Shown piece by piece: positions 1 through 9,154 of a stretch of 32,000 bases of DNA. The notes beneath the pieces are model-generated. The model had not been told where the DNA came from, searched no databases, and saw only the letters and a list, made by a program, of their open reading frames with translations. Position 1 is the stretch's first letter. Every line of letters begins with the position of its first letter. Where the stretch lies: contig NC_010628.1 in the NCBI RefSeq assembly GCF_000020025.1, positions 750,001-782,000 of the forward strand. Reading direction: 5' to 3'. The position numbers and the translations under genes are program-made. The DNA is from Nostoc punctiforme PCC 73102. GTDB lineage: Bacteria > Cyanobacteriota > Cyanobacteriia > Cyanobacteriales > Nostocaceae.

Positions 1-860
1 AAATTTATCCTCAAATCCTGGTGATTGAAGCTTGGGATGGGCCAACTGAGGTTGGGGACACTTCTGAGATTAAGAAAATGCACGAAGATTACATCCTGAA
101 ACAACTGGAATCAAAAAAAATTACCCACTTTTACTGTAGTGAATTTTACGGCGAACACGTAAGCCAGGCACTAGGAGCAGTTAATCGACTTGTGGATTGC
201 GATCGCAAAACTTTTCCAATTTCAGGAACGCAAGTCAGAACAGACACTTACGCAATGCGGGAGTATTTACATCCTGATGTATACCGCGATCTAATCGCTA
301 ACATTGTTTTTCTAGGCGCTCCTTCAACTGGTAAAACCACCATTGCATCACAATTAGCTAAAGAGTACAACACTGTATGGATGCCGGAGTACGGGCGCGA
401 GTATTGGGAAAAAAATCAAATCAACAGACGACTTTCGCTCTTGCAACTTGTGGAGATTGCCAAAGGGCATTTAGAACGTGAAGAAGCCTTATTATTGCAA
501 GCAAACCAGTACTTATTTACAGATACTAATGCCTTGACAACGTATCAATTTTCGTTGTATTACCACAAAACTGTTGCCCCAGAGTTAGTACAACTTGCCC
601 ATCAAGCCATGTCGCGCTATGATTTAGTATTTCTTTGCGATCTAGATATACCTTACGATGATACTTGGGATCGCTCTGGAGAAGCAAACCGTAGCATATT
701 TCAAAAACAAATTGAGAGCGATTTAATTGTGAGAAAAATTCCATTTTTTCGCTTGTCTGGCGACCTCATGACACGTATTAGTATTGTTAAAAAAGTCTTG
801 TATTATTACCAGAAATATGCCAGCTTAGGAGAGCTTTTTTTTAATAAACTTATTTTGTAA
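1..860 (+). CDS. nadR: NadR-type protein, C-terminal ribosylnicotinamide kinase (P-loop) part; 5'-partial
   Basis: The reading frame (phase of nt 3) is open to the left window edge, so the GTG at 21 is only the first in-window start. Walker A GAPSTGKTT is followed by WMPEYGREYWE, typical of the NadR RNK/AAA domain. The stop lies 11 nt before a PnuC gene, the classic partner. Confidence 0.75.
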   Translation, partial: IYPQILVIEAWDGPTEVGDTSEIKKMHEDYILKQLESKKITHFYCSEFYGEHVSQALGAVNRLVDCDRKTFPISGTQVRTDTYAMREYLHPDVYRDLIANIVFLGAPSTGKTTIASQLAKEYNTVWMPEYGREYWEKNQINRRLSLLQLVEIAKGHLEREEALLLQANQYLFTDTNALTTYQFSLYYHKTVAPELVQLAHQAMSRYDLVFLCDLDIPYDDTWDRSGEANRSIFQKQIESDLIVRKIPFFRLSGDLMTRISIVKKVLYYYQKYASLGELFFNKLIL

Positions 861-871
861 AGTGCATCAAT

Positions 872-1513
872 ATGCTGGAATTTTGGAGCGTAAATACTAT
901 AGCCTTCAATCTGATAGGATATCCCATGAGCTACATAGAACTCTTGGGAACGGTTTTTTATCTATGGTCAATTTGGCTAATTTCTCAAAGAAAAATTCTA
1001 ACTTGGCCTGTTGGGATAGTAAGTGTATTGCTATATATGGCACTTTTCTATCAAATTCGTTTGTATTCGGATTTTTTAGAACAAATCTACTATTTAGTTG
1101 TTAGTGTATATGGCTGGTGGCGATGGAGTACACCTGATTCTAGTAAAGTTTTGCAGATTCGATATAGTCCACCGCGTAAAATTGTTTTGATTGCGGCAAT
1201 CACAGTAGCAATTTCGTTTGCAACAGGAGCTTTGATGAGTCAAATTCACCTGTTACTCCCTGCAATATTTCTAGAAAAAGCTTCTTTTCCTTATTTAGAT
1301 GCACTCACAACAATTATGAGTTTTACTGCTATGTGGCTCATGGTGCAAAAAAGGATTGAAAGCTGGTATTACTGGATTATCGTTGATATTATTGGTATTT
1401 GGTTGTACTATGTAAAAGAAGTTAAATTTATTGCTTTTTTGTATGTAATTTTGCTATTGATAGCAATTAACGGTTCAATCTCTTGGCTAAAGACAGCTAA
1501 AATAGTGCATTAG
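872..1513 (+). CDS. pnuC: Nicotinamide riboside transporter PnuC
   Basis: 213 aa, multi-pass hydrophobic protein with the PnuC-like VYGWWRW motif and appropriate size. It sits immediately downstream of the nadR-like gene. Confidence 0.8.
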   Translation: MLEFWSVNTIAFNLIGYPMSYIELLGTVFYLWSIWLISQRKILTWPVGIVSVLLYMALFYQIRLYSDFLEQIYYLVVSVYGWWRWSTPDSSKVLQIRYSPPRKIVLIAAITVAISFATGALMSQIHLLLPAIFLEKASFPYLDALTTIMSFTAMWLMVQKRIESWYYWIIVDIIGIWLYYVKEVKFIAFLYVILLLIAINGSISWLKTAKIVH

Positions 1514-1571
1514 ATGTAGATTGGTTTGAGCAACGCGAAACCCAACATTGATCGGATCGGTTAAGGTAAGG

Positions 1572-1634
1572 GACGCGATTCATGATCGTCTCTACAAAAT
1601 ATTGATTATTGTAGAGACGATCATGAATCGCGTC
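1572..1634. terminator. 26-bp perfect inverted repeat (stem-loop) between convergent pnuC and fdhD
   Basis: GACGCGATTCATGATCGTCTCTACAA (1572-1597) is the exact reverse complement of 1609-1634, with an 11-nt loop at 1598-1608. It is followed on the + strand by TTTGTAATTTATAATTTT. It may be a bidirectional terminator and/or a copy of a dispersed palindromic repeat. Confidence 0.6.
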
Positions 1635-1726
1635 TTTGTAATTTATAATTTTCATCAAAAAACCTCAACCCAACCTCCAAATTTTTTGCAACAATTTATC
1701 ATCGCTATGCCATTACGAAAGTGTTC

Positions 1727-2566
1727 TTAAACAGCATTTATTCTTTGTAAACCAGTATAAATATTGAATCGTTCACCCCGCAGAAATCCAATTAGAGTGA
1801 TCCCGAATTCCTTGGCTACAGATACCGCCAAACTACTGGGAGCAGAAACAGAACAAACAATGGGAACTCCAGCAGTTGTAGACTTTTGCAAAATTTCAAA
1901 ACTAGAGCGTCCACTGACCAGGACAATACAATTATTTAAAGGTAACTCGTCACTGAGAAAAGCTGTACCAATCAATTTATCCAAAGCATTGTGTCGTCCA
2001 ACATCCTCCCACAGGTTTAACAAATTACCTTGAGTATCAAAGATAGCCGCAGCGTGCAAACCTCCTGTAGCTCTGAAGATACCTTGAGCAGCCCGGAGCT
2101 TATCAGGTAGGCTGTATACGATCTCAGGTGTTACTGTCGGGCCAGAAGGAATCACTGGACATCCTCGCAGACGCAAAGCCTCAAGGCTAGCTTTACCACA
2201 CACCCCACAGGCACTACTAGTATAAAAATGACGCTCCAAAGGCTGTAAATCTGGAATCAACCCATCCCGCAATTCTACATTTACAATATTATGGCGTTGC
2301 TCACCATCTACTAATTCATCAACGCAGTAGCTGATACGTCGGATATCTTCTCTGCGGCTAACGACTCCTTCACTGTAGAGGAAACCAGCTGCTAGTTCAA
2401 AATCTGCCCCTGGTGTCCGCATTGTTACAGCTACCGTCTTCTGGAAAGGAACAAGACGAATTTCTAAAGGTTCCTCAGTAGTGAGATGATCTAAACGAGG
2501 CCGTACTTGACCTTTTTCCACTACCCAAACAGTGGCTTTGGTTTTGCTTTTAGTTGGCATTGTCAT
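1727..2566 (-). CDS. fdhD: Formate dehydrogenase accessory sulfurtransferase FdhD
   Basis: 279 aa with the FdhD cysteine loop YTSSACGVCGK and family-typical length. ATG start (MTMPTK). Confidence 0.85.
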   Translation of the reverse strand: MTMPTKSKTKATVWVVEKGQVRPRLDHLTTEEPLEIRLVPFQKTVAVTMRTPGADFELAAGFLYSEGVVSRREDIRRISYCVDELVDGEQRHNIVNVELRDGLIPDLQPLERHFYTSSACGVCGKASLEALRLRGCPVIPSGPTVTPEIVYSLPDKLRAAQGIFRATGGLHAAAIFDTQGNLLNLWEDVGRHNALDKLIGTAFLSDELPLNNCIVLVSGRSSFEILQKSTTAGVPIVCSVSAPSSLAVSVAKEFGITLIGFLRGERFNIYTGLQRINAV

Positions 2567-2711
2567 ATTTATGTAAGAGTTAGTAAATCGAAATTTTGAT
2601 ACTAATCTGGCAATAGAGTCATGCTATTTGTATATCAGATGTCTCTTTGATACTCACCAACTACTTTGCGCAGTCGATCTAAATCGGGTAGGTTTCTATT
2701 TAGGAAGTAAA

Positions 2712-3893
2712 ATGAACCTAATATTTTTAGCTTTCAGAAAAATTTTATTTGCAATAGTCTTTGTGATTTCCCTTGGTTTTGCAGGATATCTAGTGAGTAA
2801 TAACATTAGTCAAAGAGTAATTGAAAAATCTTTTGCTAAACAAGTCATATCTACCTCCACCGTTGGAAAAAGTTCTCAGCTACAGACACTTTTAAATGAG
2901 ATAGTTGCAGAAGAAAAGATCCCTGGTGCAGTAATGTATGTTTCTACACCTAACGGTTATTGGGTGGGAGCATCTGGTGTCAATAACTTGTCAACTAAAA
3001 CTCGGATAAAACCTACAGATGGCTTTTCCATTGCCAGTATGAGTAAAACTTTTATGTCCGTGGTTGTGCTGAAACTAGTGGAGCAAAGGAAGATCGAATT
3101 AGATCGCGCGATCGCAACCTACCTACCAAGAGACATCACGCCTCATATTGTCAACAGCGACAAAATTACAGTTCGTCAACTGCTCAACCACACCAGTGGC
3201 GTTGCTGAATACCTAGATACAAAAGAGTTTATTCAAGCTACTGCAAAAAGAAGCCGCTCACAGCCTTGGACAGCGAGAGAAGCTATTCAGTATATGTACC
3301 AAGAACAACCGCAGGCAAATCCTGGAGAAAAATTTATTTATACTGATTGCAACTACATTCTTTTAGAACTGATCGTTGAAAATCTAACTAGGGAAACTCT
3401 CGCACAAGCAATCCGCAGTCAGATTTTAAAACCATTAGGATTAAAACACACCTTCACAGAATTGCGCGAACCGACAATTGGAGAAGTAGCTACAGGTTAT
3501 GGCGATCGCAATAAGGATGGTAAGCTAGATAGCTACGCCGAAGTCAATGATGGCAATGGTTTAGGAGATGGTGGATTGGTTTCAACAGCAGAGGATTTAG
3601 CCAAGTTTGCTAAAGCGTTATTTATCAAAAAAAGCTTACTTTCCTCGAAGATGATGAAAGAAATGCTGAAATTTAAAGATAATGGCAAAAGTTATAGTTA
3701 TGGGTTAGGTATAGAACGCTTCTCATCTCCTTTGGAAACAGCAATTGGCCATAGTGGTATAGCTTATGGCTTCACAACATTGCTGGCATATCTCCCCAAT
3801 CAAAATACCACTATAGTAGTGCTGCTAAACGATCAGGGTGTTGATATTAAATCAATAGCTAGGACAGGTTTAGAGGTCGTCAGTAATAAATAA
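2712..3893 (+). CDS. Serine hydrolase, beta-lactamase class C / PBP-like family, membrane anchored or secreted
   Basis: S-x-x-K motif SIASMSKTF, Y-x-N-like YTDCNY and HSG near the C-terminus. The preferred start is ATG 2712 (MNLIFLAF..., hydrophobic signal/anchor, AGGAAG 7 nt upstream) rather than the track start at 2628. Confidence 0.75.
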   Translation: MNLIFLAFRKILFAIVFVISLGFAGYLVSNNISQRVIEKSFAKQVISTSTVGKSSQLQTLLNEIVAEEKIPGAVMYVSTPNGYWVGASGVNNLSTKTRIKPTDGFSIASMSKTFMSVVVLKLVEQRKIELDRAIATYLPRDITPHIVNSDKITVRQLLNHTSGVAEYLDTKEFIQATAKRSRSQPWTAREAIQYMYQEQPQANPGEKFIYTDCNYILLELIVENLTRETLAQAIRSQILKPLGLKHTFTELREPTIGEVATGYGDRNKDGKLDSYAEVNDGNGLGDGGLVSTAEDLAKFAKALFIKKSLLSSKMMKEMLKFKDNGKSYSYGLGIERFSSPLETAIGHSGIAYGFTTLLAYLPNQNTTIVVLLNDQGVDIKSIARTGLEVVSNK

Positions 3894-4044
3894 GGCTACC
3901 CTTACCCTTACCCAAAATTTCAAGCATTTTCTCTTTGGCGTTAAATTCACGCACATTTAGATTGACTATTTCATTCTAAGATTTTCAGGGTGGATGGGAG
4001 TCATGGGCTGAGTCTCTTGGCAATGTAACTCTTGAGGTTTAATT

Positions 4045-4377
4045 TTAATTAAGTGCCTTGGCGATCGCAGTCCCAAGTTGATGCAATGTTTTCTCCCTGA
4101 CAAAATCGGCGGCGGCCCGTGCCGACTCTGCCAAGATCGTATCGGTGTTGGGAGTCAATTTCAGCGCACTCCCTAAGTATCCCAATGCCCTGCAATAAGA
4201 ATCGGCTAAATTAGTCGAAGCCAAACGCTTTACAGTCTGGTGATCGGAGCGACGAAACGCATCTAATGCCTGGGCGTGTAAATCTGAGTCAGGGTTTCCC
4301 AAAACCGTAATAATTGCATCAACAGCTTGATTTACTTGTTCTAGAGTTAATTCTTGGGTTTGTACTGTTTGCACCAT
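4045..4377 (-). CDS. Hypothetical protein (110 aa, helical, no recognised family)
   Basis: Non-overlapping ORF with host-like codon usage. No motif recognised. Confidence 0.45.
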   Translation of the reverse strand: MVQTVQTQELTLEQVNQAVDAIITVLGNPDSDLHAQALDAFRRSDHQTVKRLASTNLADSYCRALGYLGSALKLTPNTDTILAESARAAADFVREKTLHQLGTAIAKALN

Positions 4378-4473
4378 TGTCCGCGCATCCCCTTTTCAAA
4401 ACTTTCGACTGACTTATATTAGTATTTTTTAGTCTCAGTGGTGCGAAAAACTCTATATTCTTTCTTATTAAAT

Positions 4474-5646
4474 TCATTTGTTTGCCAGAATTTTTTGGTA
4501 GGCTTGGATTGTTTGCCTTGCGATCGCATCCCAGCTAAAATTTTCCAAGGCATATTTTTGGGCGTTTAATCCCCGTCGTTGGCGTTCTGCGGGATTTTGC
4601 AAAGCTGCTTGTAGTAACTCTACCAGTGCTTGGACATCTGTTGCACCTACCCAACCCGACTCACTATCACGTATCTGTTGACAAATATGCACTTGGTCAG
4701 AAATGACTACAGGTACACCTGCAACCATCGCTTCAGCTACAGCAATCCCAAAATTTTCGTAGTAGGAAGGTAAGACAAATAAATCAGCAGCTTGTAGTAA
4801 ACTAACTTTGAGTTCACCAGTAACAAAGCCAGTAATTGTAGTGTGCGATCGCAGTGGTGAATTTTGAATTTGGGATATTATCTTTTGTTCGTAATCTGGG
4901 TCTTGAGGATTTGTCCCAGCTAAGACAAAATGAAACTTATAACCAACTGCTAACAGTTTCTCTAGCGCCGGAATCAACAAGTTTAACCCTTTTTTCGGGT
5001 CAATTCGTGACATAAACAGCACCAAAGGCACATCCTTTGGTATTTCTAGCTGACTACATACATTTTTAAGAGAAGATTGACGGGGAATCACACCCAAGGG
5101 AATCACCAAATCTGGCGTAGACACTCCAAATCTTTCTGATATTTTAGCTTCTTGCTCGCTGGTAAAATGGATAGCTGCCGCACTAGCTAAATTTTGACGT
5201 TCTATAATTGCGACATAAAGCTGTTTTAATTGTTTTTTCTTGCGTAAATCAGCCGGATCGAGAGTACCCAAAGGACGGAAAATATAAGGTAGCTTTTGCT
5301 GACGACACACAATAGCAGCAGCGCTAATTATTGGGGAGAATAAAGCATGAATATGTGCTAAATCAAACTCGTGAGCATGACGTTTTAGCCATTTTAATAA
5401 ATCTAGAGAAAATTTATAGCGACGAAAAGGCGCACAACGAAAGTAAATTATTTCATAGCCATCTTGTTTAATTGGACGATTTAAAGGAACATCCAGAGGT
5501 GTTTGACCATTATCGCCATTACTATCAGTTGTGAGAATTGTAACTTCTACTCCCTCTTTTACCAATGCTGGAGCTAGCCCTAGTACCATTTGACTGGGGC
5601 CGCCGTAAATTAGAGAAATTGAAGGGACAATTTGTAATATTTTCAT
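4474..5646 (-). CDS. Glycosyltransferase family 4 (GT-B)
   Basis: 390 aa with the C-terminal E-x7-E region FGIAVAEAMVAGVPVVISD. Its start lies 3 nt after the stop of the upstream GT gene, so the two are likely one operon. Confidence 0.8.
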   Translation of the reverse strand: MKILQIVPSISLIYGGPSQMVLGLAPALVKEGVEVTILTTDSNGDNGQTPLDVPLNRPIKQDGYEIIYFRCAPFRRYKFSLDLLKWLKRHAHEFDLAHIHALFSPIISAAAIVCRQQKLPYIFRPLGTLDPADLRKKKQLKQLYVAIIERQNLASAAAIHFTSEQEAKISERFGVSTPDLVIPLGVIPRQSSLKNVCSQLEIPKDVPLVLFMSRIDPKKGLNLLIPALEKLLAVGYKFHFVLAGTNPQDPDYEQKIISQIQNSPLRSHTTITGFVTGELKVSLLQAADLFVLPSYYENFGIAVAEAMVAGVPVVISDQVHICQQIRDSESGWVGATDVQALVELLQAALQNPAERQRRGLNAQKYALENFSWDAIARQTIQAYQKILANK

Positions 5647-5649
5647 TTT

Positions 5650-6825
5650 TTATTTGCTCATGACTAACTCTTGATAAAACTCAAATTGCTGTTTAGCCAA
5701 AGCTTTATTTGTATATTTAACCATTGCTTTTTGATAACCCATTTCACCGAGAGTATGAGCAAAATCTGGTTTATCCATTAATTGAACTAAGCAATTAGCA
5801 AGAGCTTGAACATCACCTTCAGGAAATACTAAACCAGCATCGCCAATGACATAGGGAATTTCCCCTGAATCAGAACCAATCACAGGAACTTGGCAAGCCA
5901 TTGCTTCAATTAGCACATGACCAAATTGCTCTTTCCAGCCAACAGAAGTTAAGGTTTTAAACTTGTAAGTTGTTTCTGAAGGTAATACTAAAGTACTCAT
6001 TAAATTGATATAGCTTGCAACCTCGTTATGAGGAACACTTTCGATCAAAATTAACCGTTCTTTGATATTGTTTTCTGCCGCGATTTTGAGTAATTCAGTT
6101 TGCAACTCTCCTCGCCCTAATAGCAGTAATTTCCAAGGTTTATTTTTCAATATAATTAAGGATTGTAAGAGCGTTAATAAACCCTTTTCTTGCACAAATC
6201 GCCCAACAAAACCTACCACAAAATCTTCTTTATGAATACCAAATTTAGCTGCTAGCTCTGGTTGAGCTTTGGGAGTAAATAAACTTTCATCTACACCCAG
6301 TTGCGGCATGACTTTAATTGCCCCTTTATATCCTCGTTGTCGCAAAACTTCTGCTCCATCTTGATTGCCAGAAATAATCCCGTGACTGTGATTGAGGTTA
6401 TATTTTTCTAATAAAGCAACTGGCAACTTCAACTGATATGGTAAATTCCACCAGGTAAAAAATACATTTTTTGCCTTGAGTCTTAATAGCTGATTTAAGG
6501 CAATCATCTGAGTATAAGCTAGTCCCCTAGATCCTTGTTCGACTTGGATGATTTGGGGACGAAATTCTTTTAATAAAGATATCAAATCAGCTCCAAAAGT
6601 AAGGAGTCCCTGATGATTTTGACTAAAATTAGAAACTGGAACTATTCTAAATGTACCTTCATCACGGTATTCTGTTTCAATAATTCTGTTTTGTACACCG
6701 CCTGGTTTCCAACGTTTTGGGACTAAAACTGTCACTTCAACTCCCGATTCTAGTTGAGATAAAGCGCGTAATTTCTCACAGTTGAGGTCTACGATATAAG
6801 TATGACTAGCAACTAATATTTTCAT
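5650..6825 (-). CDS. Glycosyltransferase family 4 (GT-B)
   Basis: 391 aa with FGHVLIEAMACQVPVIGSDSGEIPYV, the GT1/GT4 signature region. Confidence 0.8.
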   Translation of the reverse strand: MKILVASHTYIVDLNCEKLRALSQLESGVEVTVLVPKRWKPGGVQNRIIETEYRDEGTFRIVPVSNFSQNHQGLLTFGADLISLLKEFRPQIIQVEQGSRGLAYTQMIALNQLLRLKAKNVFFTWWNLPYQLKLPVALLEKYNLNHSHGIISGNQDGAEVLRQRGYKGAIKVMPQLGVDESLFTPKAQPELAAKFGIHKEDFVVGFVGRFVQEKGLLTLLQSLIILKNKPWKLLLLGRGELQTELLKIAAENNIKERLILIESVPHNEVASYINLMSTLVLPSETTYKFKTLTSVGWKEQFGHVLIEAMACQVPVIGSDSGEIPYVIGDAGLVFPEGDVQALANCLVQLMDKPDFAHTLGEMGYQKAMVKYTNKALAKQQFEFYQELVMSK

Positions 6826-6868
6826 TTAATTTATTAATTTTTATTCACCAATACCCCATGCCTAATAA

Positions 6869-7849
6869 CTAAACTTGTTCATCCAATCGGCTGTAAATTT
6901 GACCATCGTTCCATAGTGATTGGATGACAGTACCCAAGGCTTTGAAAAAACCCAAAATGTAGAAAATAGCGCGAGTGGCAATTTTGATGGGGGAACCACT
7001 TTTATGGCAGGGTGGTCGTCCCAGAACGTGACAGTCAAATAAACGACCGTATAGGCGTAAAGCTTGAGTCGCAGTCAGGTTTTTCAGTCCTAGCAGGAAA
7101 TGGTTGTGATAAAAGGTGAGTTGATATTTTAGCGATCGCATACTAATATCATGACAACCCCCTGTTTCTTCGCCTAAATGCACCAAATGGGCTTCTGGGT
7201 CGTACCAAATTTTATATCCGGTTTGTCGCACCCGCAAACAAAAATCTGACTCTTCGCGCACTGCACTACCGCGAAACCTCTCATCAAACCTCAATCCATA
7301 CTTAGTAAAAATTTCGCGGCGAAATGACATATTACAACCCCTCGCTGTCAACACTTGCTGAGGTTTGGTGGTATGTACTAAATCAATATGATACCAAGCA
7401 ATTCCTGGGTCCATAGCTTCGGGAGGCAGATATTCAATCTGCAAATCTCCTCCAGAATCACCTAATTTCATTCTGTCAAACACCCGTCCGGCGACAGCCC
7501 CCACTTCTGGATTTTCCAAATAATTTTTCGCATGGGCTGCTAACAATTCTGGGGTTAGCTGAACATCATCATCAATAAATAATATTATTTCACCAGAAGA
7601 CCGCCGCACAGCATAATTTCGCGCTCCTGGTAAACTTGCCCAATCTAATCGCAACCATTTAATTTTACCTACATCTGCCATCTCTTCTAGGTAGGCTTGA
7701 ATTTCTGGCTGGTGCGTTGGGGTTTGGTCTATTACTAAAACTTCAAAATTGGGATAATCCTGTTTTAGGACATCTACAATGCTATCTCGTAGCGCTTCCT
7801 CTCTACCATAAGTCGGGATAACTACAGAAATTAAAGGATAATTATCCAT
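6869..7849 (-). CDS. Glycosyltransferase family 2 (GT-A)
   Basis: N-terminal ISVVIPTYGREE, DQ at the end of beta-2 and a DxD motif FIDDDV. Confidence 0.85.
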   Translation of the reverse strand: MDNYPLISVVIPTYGREEALRDSIVDVLKQDYPNFEVLVIDQTPTHQPEIQAYLEEMADVGKIKWLRLDWASLPGARNYAVRRSSGEIILFIDDDVQLTPELLAAHAKNYLENPEVGAVAGRVFDRMKLGDSGGDLQIEYLPPEAMDPGIAWYHIDLVHTTKPQQVLTARGCNMSFRREIFTKYGLRFDERFRGSAVREESDFCLRVRQTGYKIWYDPEAHLVHLGEETGGCHDISMRSLKYQLTFYHNHFLLGLKNLTATQALRLYGRLFDCHVLGRPPCHKSGSPIKIATRAIFYILGFFKALGTVIQSLWNDGQIYSRLDEQV

Positions 7850-7985
7850 GATTTTTATTAAGTGATTTTTCTATTTTGATAATAACCTGATAAAAATTAA
7901 TTTTCATTAACTTTACTAAGCTACTATTGCCTTAATTTACAGTCAGTCAAGAACCGAAGAACTAATTAAGATTACTTTTAATTCT

Positions 7986-9143
7986 TTATACTCCTGCCGC
8001 AGCCGCATAGAGATTATCAAATAACTCATTTTGCTTTTCGGAGTTATGTACAAGTTGCGCTTGATCTAATGCTCCTGCACTTAAAAATTCGTAATGTTCT
8101 CGTTTATCACTTCTATCAAGAAATTGCATGATTTGTTGCAATGCTTGTTCTGCTAAATAGTCATAAGTGCTATCGACAATTTCCCAATATTCATCAGTTT
8201 TAGTTTTCTCTCCATGTAGCCAATTGCTCCAGTGCCTAATTTCATTAATTGGTAACTCTAAAATATAACCATTTTCACCATTACGAACAAACTCTGGTAA
8301 GGCGCAAACATTTGTCGTAATTACAGGAGTTGCAACAGAAAAACCTTCAATGATACTATAACCATAAGTATCATGTAATGTTGCCATTAATTGAAAATGG
8401 CTTTGCGATAATAGCTCAATAACTTTGTCATTAGGAATATTTCTATGGAAGACAACGTTACTTAATTTCAGTAACTTTAAATCCTCTACATATTTACTGC
8501 GATCTGGGAAATCAGTTGGAACTCCTGAACCATGTTCCAGTCCAGATATTATATGTACAGTAATGGGCAAACCTAGTTTTTCAGCTTTCTGGGCTAGTCT
8601 TAAAGCAACAACCCCACCTTTACGGGCAATGTGATTTCCGATAAATACAAGCTGGAGATTTTGCTGTTCCTGATAAATTTTCGATTGTTTAACTTTGATT
8701 GGAAAGTTGGGATGAATAACATCCACTTTCTTACTTACTTTTTCTTCTATTTTCCAACCTTCTATCCGCTTGATTAATCTCAACTTGGCATAATCAGAAA
8801 TTGCAATAATTTTTTTACAATTGTCTAGTGCTAATCGATGATTTAATAATTCATAAATTGCTGCTTCAACTTTATTTTGAGGATTTCTATATAAGACACG
8901 ATGATCCTCAAAGGTGAGAAACCAAGGTTTATTAGTATATAAAATTCTGTTGAAAGAATGAATTGCTTGGTATCTTTGCCATACAGGTTGCCAAGCCATA
9001 AAACTGGCTAAAGGATACCAAATTTTTTCTATAGGATATCTGCCTGCGGGGAAAGGCTTGGGGTAGATGAGTGTATGCCGAGAATTTCGAGGTAAGTTGG
9101 GAATGCTGAGGTGTTTTTGACCTCCTATGATAACTTTTGCCAT
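7986..9143 (-). CDS. Glycosyltransferase, GT1/GT4-like (GT-B)
   Basis: 385 aa with YGYSIIEGFSVATPVITTNVCALPEFV, an E-x7-E-type donor-binding region. Confidence 0.7.
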   Translation of the reverse strand: MAKVIIGGQKHLSIPNLPRNSRHTLIYPKPFPAGRYPIEKIWYPLASFMAWQPVWQRYQAIHSFNRILYTNKPWFLTFEDHRVLYRNPQNKVEAAIYELLNHRLALDNCKKIIAISDYAKLRLIKRIEGWKIEEKVSKKVDVIHPNFPIKVKQSKIYQEQQNLQLVFIGNHIARKGGVVALRLAQKAEKLGLPITVHIISGLEHGSGVPTDFPDRSKYVEDLKLLKLSNVVFHRNIPNDKVIELLSQSHFQLMATLHDTYGYSIIEGFSVATPVITTNVCALPEFVRNGENGYILELPINEIRHWSNWLHGEKTKTDEYWEIVDSTYDYLAEQALQQIMQFLDRSDKREHYEFLSAGALDQAQLVHNSEKQNELFDNLYAAAAGV

Positions 9144-9154
9144 TTTTATTTCAT

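Noticed and set aside
862-1104. 80-aa ORF in an alternative frame at the start of pnuC.
   Set aside because: The 872..1513 frame gives a full-length PnuC-like membrane protein. The overlapping frame has no recognisable features.
1548-1730. 60-aa ORF between pnuC and fdhD.
   Set aside because: It reads straight through both arms of the 26-bp perfect hairpin, so the sequence is constrained by the palindrome rather than by coding. It also overlaps the fdhD stop.
526-2033. Antisense ORFs 526..744 (inside nadR) and 1764..2033 (inside fdhD).
   Set aside because: They are shadow ORFs opposite well-supported genes.
2628-2711. The N-terminal extensions suggested by the ORF track for the serine hydrolase (2628). 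The same issue applies to glmM (13568) and NlpC/P60 (31741, TTG).
   Set aside because: Downstream ATGs give N-termini that look like genuine protein starts: a signal/anchor peptide for the hydrolase, and [10 protein letters not shown] for GlmM. The extensions have non-protein-like composition or non-ATG starts.
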